Shown in pieces: positions 17,517 to 29,511 of a stretch of DNA of 40,937 bases. The position numbers were made by a program, and so were the translations under genes. Origin of the DNA: Gemmataceae bacterium (GTDB lineage: Bacteria > Planctomycetota > Planctomycetia > Gemmatales > Gemmataceae). Each line of letters opens with the position of its first letter. Positions within the stretch are counted from its first letter, which is position 1. Below the pieces are notes generated by a model. It was not told the origin of the DNA, did not search any database, and worked only from the letters and a program-made list of their open reading frames with translations. Location: assembly GCA_035575035.1 (NCBI GenBank), contig DATLYH010000335.1, positions 1 through 40,937 of the forward strand. The letters are read 5' to 3'.

Positions 17517-17960
17517 TTATCCCTCGTCTTCCTCCGCTACCAGCAGGTTGCCGGTCGGGTCGAAAAATCCCCGACCGTCCGCTTGATAAACGCCGTCTGT
17601 GCTCCGGGCGAGATAACGGCAGAGGGCTTCGGCCTGCTCGGTGGCCGGGCCGCGAAGCACGAACAACTGCCGGGTGCCGATCAGCCGCTCCATCAGGCGA
17701 AGCTGCGCGGGGCCCTCGCCGGTCGCCTCCACCCAGGCCGCCCAGGCGTTCAACTCCCCGCGGATGCCCTCCTCGTCGGCCAGGTAGCGCTCCACGACGG
17801 CTGCGGTCCCATCGATCAGCAGCTCGGCCCGGAACCAGCCCCGGTCGTCGCCCCGGAAATTGCCGCCCGTCTCGCGGCCGAGCGTTTGCAGGAACGCCAG
17901 CAGCGCTGCCGGCGAAGGCTCGACATCGCTTTGGCCAAAGACGCGATACCAGGTGTTCAT
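17517..17960 (-). CDS. hypothetical acidic protein (147 aa), downstream partner of MoxR ATPase
   Basis: Coherent ORF with an ATG start, 24 nt after the MoxR stop. No recognisable motif. Confidence 0.45.
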   Translation of the reverse strand: MNTWYRVFGQSDVEPSPAALLAFLQTLGRETGGNFRGDDRGWFRAELLIDGTAAVVERYLADEEGIRGELNAWAAWVEATGEGPAQLRLMERLIGTRQLFVLRGPATEQAEALCRYLARSTDGVYQADGRGFFDPTGNLLVAEEDEG

Positions 17961-17984
17961 GGTGAACGGGGCGCGGCGGATGCC

Positions 17985-19007
<1,023 letters not shown>

Positions 19008-19090
19008 CGGTGCGGATCCCTCAGGGATGGGTCAAGGAGGCGAGCGTCTCTGCGTGGCCTCTATTGTAGAGGAAATTCGTGGCCGCGCCC

Positions 19091-19708
19091 CTAGCGGTCG
19101 CTTGGCTTGGGCGGCGGCGCCGGCTCGGCGGGGCCTTTCGCGGGCTTCGGTGGAACCGGCTCCGCGGGCGGCGGTGGAATCAGCTTGGGCGGCAGCTCGG
19201 CCGGCGGGGGCGGGAAGACATCGACCTTCGGCGGCGGTGCGAACCGGGTACGCGGGGGCTGCTGCACGACCGGCCGATCCATCGGCCAGGATAATTCCAA
19301 CACGTTGCTGACCACTTCGGCACCGCTGGCCGACGTAACCGGTTTCTCCTCCGAGACAACCACCGCCAGTTTGCCGCCCTGGGCCAGGCCGTTACGCTTC
19401 AGCTGGTAATCCTGGACCACGGCGCGGACCTCGCCCAGGCGGAAGAGGGTGTCGTCGAGGACGCGGTGATTGTAGCTCCGACCGTTGGGGAAGAGGAGAT
19501 TGATATAGTAACTCTTGCCCGGGTTGGGCGGCTTATTCCATTTGCCTTCCAGGGTGACGATGTGAACGCGGCGATCGAGCGGCCGGACCTCGTACAGCGG
19601 CAGGCCGGGGTCGCTCAACTCCAGCCGGGGCGGGTCGGCTGCGTCGCTGCGGACCGCGAACCCCAGGATCGCCGCCAGCGTCAGAGTCAGGGGGAAGAAG
19701 TGCCTCAT
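19091..19708 (-). CDS. secreted hypothetical protein with C-terminal Pro-rich (PPPP/PxP) tail
   Basis: Trimmed to the ATG at 19706-19708 (MRHFFPLTLTLAAILGFAVRSDA signal peptide). The track ORF upstream extension is antisense to leuS. The C-terminus is FPPPPAELPPKLIPPPPAEPVPPKPAKGPAEPAPPPKP. Confidence 0.55.
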   Translation of the reverse strand: MRHFFPLTLTLAAILGFAVRSDAADPPRLELSDPGLPLYEVRPLDRRVHIVTLEGKWNKPPNPGKSYYINLLFPNGRSYNHRVLDDTLFRLGEVRAVVQDYQLKRNGLAQGGKLAVVVSEEKPVTSASGAEVVSNVLELSWPMDRPVVQQPPRTRFAPPPKVDVFPPPPAELPPKLIPPPPAEPVPPKPAKGPAEPAPPPKPSDR

Positions 19709-19957
19709 GGTGCTGTTCTCCGAAGAGGAAGGAATACCCTGCTTCTGTTGACTATAGCGCTCCGCCGGGCCGGAGGCAACGACAGGCGGGAGCGACGGCC
19801 GGTCGGGGAAGGGCCGGCGGGGCCGGCGTTGACGGCCTTTCCGCGGGGGGATAAGTTGAGCAGGATAATGCGGACTCCATTGATCAAACCATGCGAGGAC
19901 GTTTAGCCGCGAGCCGCGGTGGCACTGGCTGTCAGCCGGTGCCACAACATCCCTCTC

Positions 19958-19995
19958 TTCCAAGGGGAGAGGAGATAGGGGTGAGGGGGAACGCG
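19958..19995. repeat. degenerate copy of the GC-rich palindromic element (GGGGAGAGG...GGGGTGAGGGGG) in the leuS 5' UTR
   Basis: CCCTCTCTTCCAAGGGGAGAGGAGATAGGGGTGAGGGGGAAC, compared with the right arm GGGGGAGAGGGGGAGGGGTGAGGGGG of the copy at 36973-36998. Confidence 0.55.
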
Positions 19996-20014
19996 GCTCA
20001 ATCAACGAGAAGCC

Positions 20015-22813
<2,799 letters not shown>

Positions 22814-22848
22814 GTAGAGCCAATCTCCTGACGACGCAGACGTATCGC

Positions 22849-22921
22849 AGCCGAAGCCGCTCGACGGCGGGCACACCACTACCCGAAAGTCGGGCGGCTT
22901 CGGCTACGAGCTGCACCTTTT
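22849..22921 (+). terminator. leuS terminator candidate (12-bp stem with 33-nt loop, then T-run)
   Basis: AGCCGAAGCCGC...GCGGCTTCGGCT followed 12 nt later by CTTTTT. Confidence 0.35.
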
Positions 22922-23146
22922 TCCTGCGAACGCTGTACTTAGCCCGCGGCCAGCTGCGCGCCGAACCGGCGCCGGTACTCCGCCAGGACGGCCAGCTTGC
23001 ACAGCCACTTGTACCACCGCGGCAGATGGGGCCAATAGGGGCTTGATTGGATCAACGGATCATCATGCTTGAATATATATGCCTGCATGCGTTGCTGCTT
23101 GGCGCTGCGTCAGTGTGTGCTATCATGAGAAGACCCGGGAGCGTCG

Positions 23147-23256
23147 GAAGAGGACGCCATGAGGCCGAATCCGATGCACCCTCAAGCAATTCCCCATCGT
23201 CGACTGCTCCACCACCGTGCTATCGGGGGCTCTCTAGTGCCGTCGATGCCGGCCTA
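23147..23256 (+). repeat. copy 2 of the ~110-bp dispersed direct repeat (see 15249..15359)
   Basis: Near-identical sequence. It is preceded by an AT-richer stretch (23040-23146) and followed by TTTTAGTTTGG. Confidence 0.9.
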
Positions 23257-23501
23257 TTTTAGTTTGGCACCCTGGTTCTGGTTGGCGTTTTGCTGGGCGG
23301 GATAGTTGGACTGCTCACCGCGTCTGCTACGCTTACCCTGTACCTGGTAGCCAGCTTCGCTCGGTTGGGGGGCGTTCTGGGCGGGCCGGTCTGTTCAACT
23401 CCCCTCGGTGGCTACTGCTGGGGTACGGTTGGGGCAGAGCACGTGTTGGCCTCGGCCGAAGCGGTCGTTCGCTGGTTTGTCCAACGGCTGGCCCTCCGGG
23501 G

Positions 23502-23858
23502 CTACCAGGGGGCGTAGTAGTACGGGTAAGGCGAGTAGTAACTCTCGGTGTATGACCACGGCGTGTACGAGTAGCCGCGGTACGAGAACGGGTCGTAAGT
23601 GTGGGCATGCGGCACAAAGTCATGCGGCCCCAACCCGTACCAGGAGAAACTCCCGAACGGCGTGTAAGTCTGGTGCCAGTGGGGCACCACGTCATGGCCG
23701 CCGCGTCCGAAGTAATAGCCGCCGAAATAGCCAGGGTAGTAATACCGGATGGAAGGCCGGCCGAAGCGCCCGCGCGGACCGTGGGCCTCGGCCGACGACG
23801 GGGCCAGGCCGAGCAGGAACGCAGCCGTCAGAGTAGCAGACAAGATGAGGGCTCGCAT
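23502..23858 (-). CDS. small secreted Tyr/His/Pro/Trp-rich protein with internal repeats
   Basis: Signal peptide MRALILSATLTAAFLLGLAPSSAEA. Repeated HDVVPHWHQTYTPFGSFSWY / HDFVPHAHTYDPFSY modules. Ends YYSPYPYYYAPW. Confidence 0.55.
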   Translation of the reverse strand: MRALILSATLTAAFLLGLAPSSAEAHGPRGRFGRPSIRYYYPGYFGGYYFGRGGHDVVPHWHQTYTPFGSFSWYGLGPHDFVPHAHTYDPFSYRGYSYTPWSYTESYYSPYPYYYAPW

Positions 23859-24207
23859 AGTAGGCTCCTATCGTGATGGCCCGCAATGGGGCCGAGCTTA
23901 ACTCTACCTCGGCCAACTTCCTCGTTCGGGATCGGCATCAGCCTGCGCCGAATCGTGGACAGCGGGCAGGGCTGGCCGAGGGTCATCCCCTGCCCGAAAA
24001 AAGAACGTTCGCCGGACCTGAACTTGCGCGGACAGCACAGATGGGGTTGGAACAGCATGGCAGGTCGCAGGATCCTGCCGCAGAGCCCGAAGCGTCCGCG
24101 ACGGGTTGACGGTGCCCGTCGCGGACGTTCCAGGCTCGTAGGAACATCGACCCGTCGCGGACGTTCCGGGCTCTGACAGTACACGCTCCGGGCTCGGACC
24201 CAGGCGC

Positions 24208-25842
24208 TCAGTAATCCTCCAGGCGAAGCTCTTTGCTGTCGGCGTTCTTCCACGCCGCCTGGAGCTCCTGCTCAACCAGCCGGGCAGCGTAGTCCTTCTT
24301 CTGTGCCTTAAGGCTCTCCCGCAGGCCGAAGAGGCAGCGGCCGTTGCGCGGGTGCTTCGCCAGTCCGGCGCGGAAAACCTCTTCCGCCCCGGCCGCGTCG
24401 CCGCTCCCAAGGAGCACCGCCCCGAGCGTCTCTCGCACCGGCATCAACCAGTCCGGCGGCTCGCCGTAATGCAGCGCATCCTCCAGCCGCACCGCCCGGC
24501 GCAGCAAGTTGATTGTCCGGCGCCGGTCGCCCCCGGCCAAGGCCAGCTTGGCGTCCAGGACCGCCGCAGCGATTCCCAGCACGTGCTGGGCCGTGTTCCA
24601 GTCGCTGATCTTCATGTCCTCCGGGATCGTCTTCTTCACCGCTAGGAACTCCTTGCGCTCCTGCCCGGCTTTTTGCACATCACCCTTGGCCAGGTGGGCG
24701 AGGGCGCGAGCGAAGTGCCAGGTAGCCCGGGTGAACGGCCGCTTTTCGCCGGGGGAGGGAGAGGCGAGGATATCGTCCCAGCGGTTAAAGCGGACCAGGA
24801 CCACGGTCGGCGTCACTAGGAAACCCTCGAGCATGGGCATTTCCTCGATGTGCGGCTCGACGTGAGCGGCGAGGCGGTCGGCCGCTTCCTTGGCGGCGGC
24901 GAAGCGGCCCTGGAAGCAGTGGGCTGCGGCCAGGAAGTGGATGTTGTGCGGATAGTACATCAGCCAGTAGACGCCCTGGGTGCCGTGGCTTTTGAAGTAC
25001 GCTTGGTCGGCGGCGATCGCCTCCTCATTAGCCCGGGCGGCTGCGGCGTAGTCGCCGACGCGCATGTAGATGTGCGACGGCATATGCACCAGATGGCCGG
25101 CGGCCGGCACCAGCGTCCGCAGCCGGTCGGCGCAGGCTAGGCCGCGCTCCGGATACGGGGAAGCTTCAATAGCATGGATGTAGTAGTGATTGGCCCCGGG
25201 ATGGTTGGGGTTGCGGCGCAGGACCGACTCCAACGTGGCGAGGAGCTCCGCGGTCCCCTCCGCGGGCTTGCCGTCCGGCGTCCAGAGTTTCCACGGCCGC
25301 AGGTTCATGGCGCTCTCGGCGTAGAGCGTGGCCGCGTCCAGGTCGTCGGGGTACTTGCGGGCCAACTCGCCCATCGCCTCCTTGTAGGCGACGGCCAACT
25401 TCTGCCGGTTGGCGTCCGGGTCGAGGGAGTAGCGCTTCGCCAGCGCCTTGATGTAGTCGCGCTCCGGCTCGGGGGCATTCGACGCCAGGTGAAGAGCCTT
25501 CAGCAGCGCCGCGTTCGCTGCCTTCCACTGCTCGCTGTCGGCGTCGAGGTTGTAGTTCGGCCCCTTGGCCAGCGCCAACCCCCAGTAGGCCATCGCCAGG
25601 TTCGGATCAAGCTCGGCAGCCTGGGCGAACGACCGGGCTGCCTCGTCGTGGTTGAAGGCGTACAGGAGGATCAGTCCCTGGTCGAAGAATTTCTGCGCCA
25701 GGGCATTGCGGGTCGAGACAGGATGGTGATGATTGCCGAGCCCGGCGATCAGCACGGCCTTGCCTTCCGGTTTCGTCGGAGGATGGTCCGCCCGGACGAA
25801 GCCACACAACAGGACCAGCGCCAGAGCCACGCGCACCTTCAT
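24208..25842 (-). CDS. secreted tetratricopeptide-repeat (TPR) protein
   Basis: Signal peptide MKVRVALALVLLCGFVRA, then multiple TPR-like helical pairs (AMAYWGLALAKGPNYNL...; EAAARANEEAIAADQAYFK...). Confidence 0.6.
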   Translation of the reverse strand: MKVRVALALVLLCGFVRADHPPTKPEGKAVLIAGLGNHHHPVSTRNALAQKFFDQGLILLYAFNHDEAARSFAQAAELDPNLAMAYWGLALAKGPNYNLDADSEQWKAANAALLKALHLASNAPEPERDYIKALAKRYSLDPDANRQKLAVAYKEAMGELARKYPDDLDAATLYAESAMNLRPWKLWTPDGKPAEGTAELLATLESVLRRNPNHPGANHYYIHAIEASPYPERGLACADRLRTLVPAAGHLVHMPSHIYMRVGDYAAAARANEEAIAADQAYFKSHGTQGVYWLMYYPHNIHFLAAAHCFQGRFAAAKEAADRLAAHVEPHIEEMPMLEGFLVTPTVVLVRFNRWDDILASPSPGEKRPFTRATWHFARALAHLAKGDVQKAGQERKEFLAVKKTIPEDMKISDWNTAQHVLGIAAAVLDAKLALAGGDRRRTINLLRRAVRLEDALHYGEPPDWLMPVRETLGAVLLGSGDAAGAEEVFRAGLAKHPRNGRCLFGLRESLKAQKKDYAARLVEQELQAAWKNADSKELRLEDY

Positions 25843-25892
25843 GGTTCAGTCCTCCAAGGGTAGGGCGCTAAGCTGCAAGTGGCCAACCAGGA

Positions 25893-27962
25893 TTACTCCT
25901 TGACCGGCAGCCACTGCACCGCGTCGATGATCACATGGCCGTCGGCGCCGTGGTTGCCGACCTCCACGTAGCCGGACTTGCCTGCCGCGAAGCGGAAGAC
26001 GCCCAACGAGATGAAGGCCCCGTCAAGCGGCGGCGCCTTCCGCTGGTTGACCGTCACGACCGTCCGGCCGTCGGCGTGGACAATGGTCACTGGCACATTG
26101 GTGGCGCGGTTGTTGTCAGGCGAGTACGACAGCCGGACCTCGTAACGGCCGGGCCGCGGCAACTCCGGCGTGTAGCGCGCCCACTGCCGGCCTGGGTCCT
26201 TGCCGCCGTCATGGCGGTAGCCGGCGTTGACGAACGGCGTCCGGACGCTGCTTTGGCCGTCGAATCCCTGACGCTGGGCTGCCTCATCATCCACAACAAT
26301 GCCGGGCAGCGCCCGCGAATCGATCGCTCCCGGCCGCGCCGGGCCGGTCCACTCCAGGACCTGCTTGTCCTCCAGGAGCCGTCGGCGCAGCTTCGCGTAA
26401 TCCACCTTCTGGACATCCACGCCTTCCTCAATCGCCAGCACCGCCGCGGTCGCCGCGCTCTGCCCCAGGATGAGAAAGACCGGCTCCATGCGGATCGAGC
26501 CGTAGGCGATGTGCGAGCTGGACACGCAGACCGGCACGAGCAGGTTCGAACACTCCTTCTGCTTCGGCACGATCGCGCGGTAGCTGATCATGTAAGGACC
26601 GCCGGGGCTGACCTGGATGTCCCCCTCGTTCTGCACCCGGCCGTCCGGGGTGACGTAGCGCATGCAGTTGTGCGAGTCCATGTTGTACGACCCCATGCCG
26701 ACCGACTCGGGCGTCGGGCGCTTCCGGCGGCAGTCGAGCTCGGTCATCACGTAGTCGCTCACCATCCGCCGGGCCTCGCGGACGTAGATTTGATGCGGCC
26801 AGTTACCATTGTCGATGAACTCGTCCTTGGCCAGGCCCCACGACTTCATCTGGTCCCGGATCTTCGGCGGCACGCGCGGGTGGTTGGCCAGGGTCCACAT
26901 CAGCCCCTTCTGGTACGACTCATGCTCGCGGATGATCTTCTCGCGCTCGGCGTAGCTTGCCTCAGGGTAGCGGTAGTTCTGACCGATGTAGTCGGTGCTG
27001 ACGGCGCAGTTGTTGTTCGTATCGGTTTTGCCATTGGGCATGCGGTCGATCTTGAGCGGCAGCCGCAGGTCGCCCGCCTCGAAGTTGCGCAGGAGCAGCT
27101 CATACTTCGCCTCGTCGTAGTCGGCCGGCTTGGGGAAGGGGACCCGATTCTCGGGCACGTCGCTCATGCACATGCGGAAGCAGTATGCCTGGACGCGGTG
27201 GTCCCCCTCGCCGTCGGGCGGATAGGGGCCGGGATCGATGCCGTGGAGCAGGCCGCTCTTGGGGTCGCCCGGCTTGACGTAGGGATCCACCTTGACGACG
27301 AAGCGGTGCAGGTGGGTGTTCAGGGCCCGCTGGACGCCATTCAGGGTCTCGCCATAGGTGCGGTTGGCCTCCCGTCCCACGGTGTAGCTTACCCCCGCGG
27401 CGGCCATCAGGTCGCCCTCATAAGTCGCATCGATGAACATCTTCCCGGTGAAGACCTTGCCCGACTCCATGACGATGGCGGTGATCCGCCCGCCATCCTT
27501 CTTGACCCCTTTCCCCGGCGTGCGGTCGAGGCGCTCGCTCAGGACAACGGGGACCTTGTGCTCCTGGAGCATGGCGCGGAAGATCTGCTCGGCGACGTGC
27601 GGCTCGAAGGTCCACATGGCGTCATCGGCGGGGCGATAGAACTTGTACTGCTCGGGCTTCTCGTACTTCCAGGCGGAGGGCTGGTCATAGTGCTTCTTGA
27701 TGCGCTGGTAGAACTCGCGGGCGATGCCGCCAATGACGTTCTTGTTGCCGGAGTCGGTCCAGCCGAGGCCGCCGGAGGAGAGGCCACCGAGGTGCCGGCC
27801 GGGTTCGATCAGGACGACCGACTTGCCCATGCGGGCCGTCTGGATAGCTGCGCTAACGCCGGCCGACGTGCCGCCGTAGATCACTATGTCATACTCGGCG
27901 GCCGTCGCCGGGCCGCCGGACAGAACGGCTAGCAGGGAGAGGACAAGGGGCCGGGGGTGCAT
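25893..27962 (-). CDS. FAD-dependent oxidoreductase (FAD_oxidored/GidA-like fold) with C-terminal beta-sandwich domain; secreted
   Basis: Trimmed to the ATG at 27960-27962 (MHPRPLVLSLLAVLSGGPATAAEYDIVIYGGTSAGVSAAIQTARMG, a dinucleotide-binding GxGxxG motif right after the signal peptide). About 690 aa. Confidence 0.65.
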   Translation of the reverse strand: MHPRPLVLSLLAVLSGGPATAAEYDIVIYGGTSAGVSAAIQTARMGKSVVLIEPGRHLGGLSSGGLGWTDSGNKNVIGGIAREFYQRIKKHYDQPSAWKYEKPEQYKFYRPADDAMWTFEPHVAEQIFRAMLQEHKVPVVLSERLDRTPGKGVKKDGGRITAIVMESGKVFTGKMFIDATYEGDLMAAAGVSYTVGREANRTYGETLNGVQRALNTHLHRFVVKVDPYVKPGDPKSGLLHGIDPGPYPPDGEGDHRVQAYCFRMCMSDVPENRVPFPKPADYDEAKYELLLRNFEAGDLRLPLKIDRMPNGKTDTNNNCAVSTDYIGQNYRYPEASYAEREKIIREHESYQKGLMWTLANHPRVPPKIRDQMKSWGLAKDEFIDNGNWPHQIYVREARRMVSDYVMTELDCRRKRPTPESVGMGSYNMDSHNCMRYVTPDGRVQNEGDIQVSPGGPYMISYRAIVPKQKECSNLLVPVCVSSSHIAYGSIRMEPVFLILGQSAATAAVLAIEEGVDVQKVDYAKLRRRLLEDKQVLEWTGPARPGAIDSRALPGIVVDDEAAQRQGFDGQSSVRTPFVNAGYRHDGGKDPGRQWARYTPELPRPGRYEVRLSYSPDNNRATNVPVTIVHADGRTVVTVNQRKAPPLDGAFISLGVFRFAAGKSGYVEVGNHGADGHVIIDAVQWLPVKE

Positions 27963-28248
27963 GGTGGTCCCTCCAGAGAGCAAGGCCGGGCAGGATCGTT
28001 GCGACTATCCTAAGGAGACCGGGGCCGAGGAGAAAGTGGTCGCCTGGCACGCGGTACTCACCCTTTGATACAAGCCCGGAGCGGCCGCGACCGCTGATGA
28101 CGCTACCCACCACGAATGCTCGGGAAATGATGAGAGATTTTTAATCAAAGAGCACGAGCCCTGGCCCGCTTCGGGTGGTTAAATCTCAAGAGACCCTCTC
28201 CTCCAGTGTGCGGTTGAGGTGCTCGCTCATTTCCACGGCTAACACGCC

Positions 28249-29268
28249 GTGGCCGCATTGAAGCCCGGGAGGGATTTGGCTGTGCTGACCGAAACGCTTG
28301 ACGAATCGGCTTACGGAGTCTGGGCCGTCGCCTTCGGCCTGGTCCTGCTCAGCCTGCTGGCCGGCCTGCTTGGCATCCTTTACCCGCGTCTCTACCGCAC
28401 AAGCCGGCTCTCCGCCGCCGGGGCTCGTCTGCTCCTGGTCCTGGTAATATCCATCCTGGTGATTGGCGGACTGGCGCTGGCCGGCCGGGTGGAAGGCACC
28501 GCGCCCCGCTTCGGGTTATCGCTGGGCGTGGTGGCTGCTGCGGTCGCCGGCCTGCATTGGGCCCTGGCGCCGGCGCCGCCAGAAGGCCGAGGCCGTCTGG
28601 GGGTCGCGCTGGTGACGGCGGGGCTGATGGCGGCCGGCTGGCTGACCTTTCGCTTCGTTGAATTGGCCGAGCCGCCGCCGATGCCGCCGCGCGAGGTAGA
28701 CCTCGGGGCCTTGGTGGAGGTGCATGACGTCCAGGCCTACACCGACCGGGGCACGCCGATCCAACTCTTCAGCCGGGTCGGGGTCGGATCGCCGCCTGAC
28801 GATACCCCCGCCCTGCTGCCTGCGCCGGGCGGTCGGCTACTCAATGGCCGCGCCATCCAGGTTGGCCCGCCGGACCCCCGCACCATCTGCCACGGCTGGA
28901 CATTCTGCGGCGGCCGGTACATGATCGCCGCCCAGGCGGTCGAGCTGATTCTTCAGGAGAACGGCTACCGCCGGGTGGAGGTCCCCCGCTCGGGCGACCT
29001 GATCATTTACTGGGACCGACCTGGGGACGGCGGCCTGATTGTGCACAGCGGCGTGGTCAAGGCGGTGGGGGACGACGGCTACGTCTTAGTGGAGAGCAAG
29101 TGGGGCACCCAGGGCCGCTTCCTCCACGAGCCGAAGATGCAGCCGTACTCTCCCTATTTCGGTTACTTCCGCAGCGAGCGCAAGGGGCATCTCCTCCTCG
29201 GCCTGACCTCTGAGCGGCCTCCTGCCCCGACTGCCAACTCCACCCCCGCCAGCCCGACCGGCGAGTAA
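28249..29268 (+). CDS. membrane-anchored NlpC/P60-like (papain-fold Cys/His) hydrolase-domain protein
   Basis: N-terminal TM helices. C-terminal ICHGWTFCGG...RSGDLIIYWDRPGDGGLIVHSGVV resembles the Cys...PGDLxFF...HVGIY arrangement of NlpC/P60/CHAP domains. The start codon is uncertain (GTG at 28249 or downstream). Confidence 0.4.
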   Translation: MAALKPGRDLAVLTETLDESAYGVWAVAFGLVLLSLLAGLLGILYPRLYRTSRLSAAGARLLLVLVISILVIGGLALAGRVEGTAPRFGLSLGVVAAAVAGLHWALAPAPPEGRGRLGVALVTAGLMAAGWLTFRFVELAEPPPMPPREVDLGALVEVHDVQAYTDRGTPIQLFSRVGVGSPPDDTPALLPAPGGRLLNGRAIQVGPPDPRTICHGWTFCGGRYMIAAQAVELILQENGYRRVEVPRSGDLIIYWDRPGDGGLIVHSGVVKAVGDDGYVLVESKWGTQGRFLHEPKMQPYSPYFGYFRSERKGHLLLGLTSERPPAPTANSTPASPTGE

Positions 29269-29376
29269 CGGACGGCCGCGTCGGACTGTCCCGAACCGTG
29301 CCGCTTTCGCGAGCACTTCCGGCTTCAACCCACAGGGACCTGCAAGTACGGAACTGCCCCCTTGTCCTCTTTTTGT

Positions 29377-29405
29377 TTGACTGTGCGCTTGCGCGGCTGT
29401 AATCT
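29377..29405 (+). promoter_or_regulatory. sigma70-like promoter candidate TTGACT-17nt-TAATCT for the 29512 gene
   Basis: Read directly in the 243-bp intergenic region. It is preceded by CCTCTTTTTGTTTG, a possible T-rich terminator tail of the upstream gene. Confidence 0.4.
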
Positions 29406-29511
29406 TCTCAGTTGGGGGTAATTATCGCAAACTCGAGCTTCCACCTGTGAATAGTCCTAGGCCACCATCCAGTCGCCCCCAGGGATAGTCTCAGCCGATG
29501 AGGGTACGCCC

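Noticed and set aside
23958-24001. Terminator-like hairpin GGGCAGGG...CCCTGCCC + A6
   Set aside because: The U-tract would lie on the wrong side for both flanking minus-strand genes, so it is not a canonical terminator. Kept only as a structural note.
25935-27932. 665-aa plus-strand ORF
   Set aside because: Antisense to the FAD-dependent oxidoreductase, which has a clear GxGxxG motif after its signal peptide.
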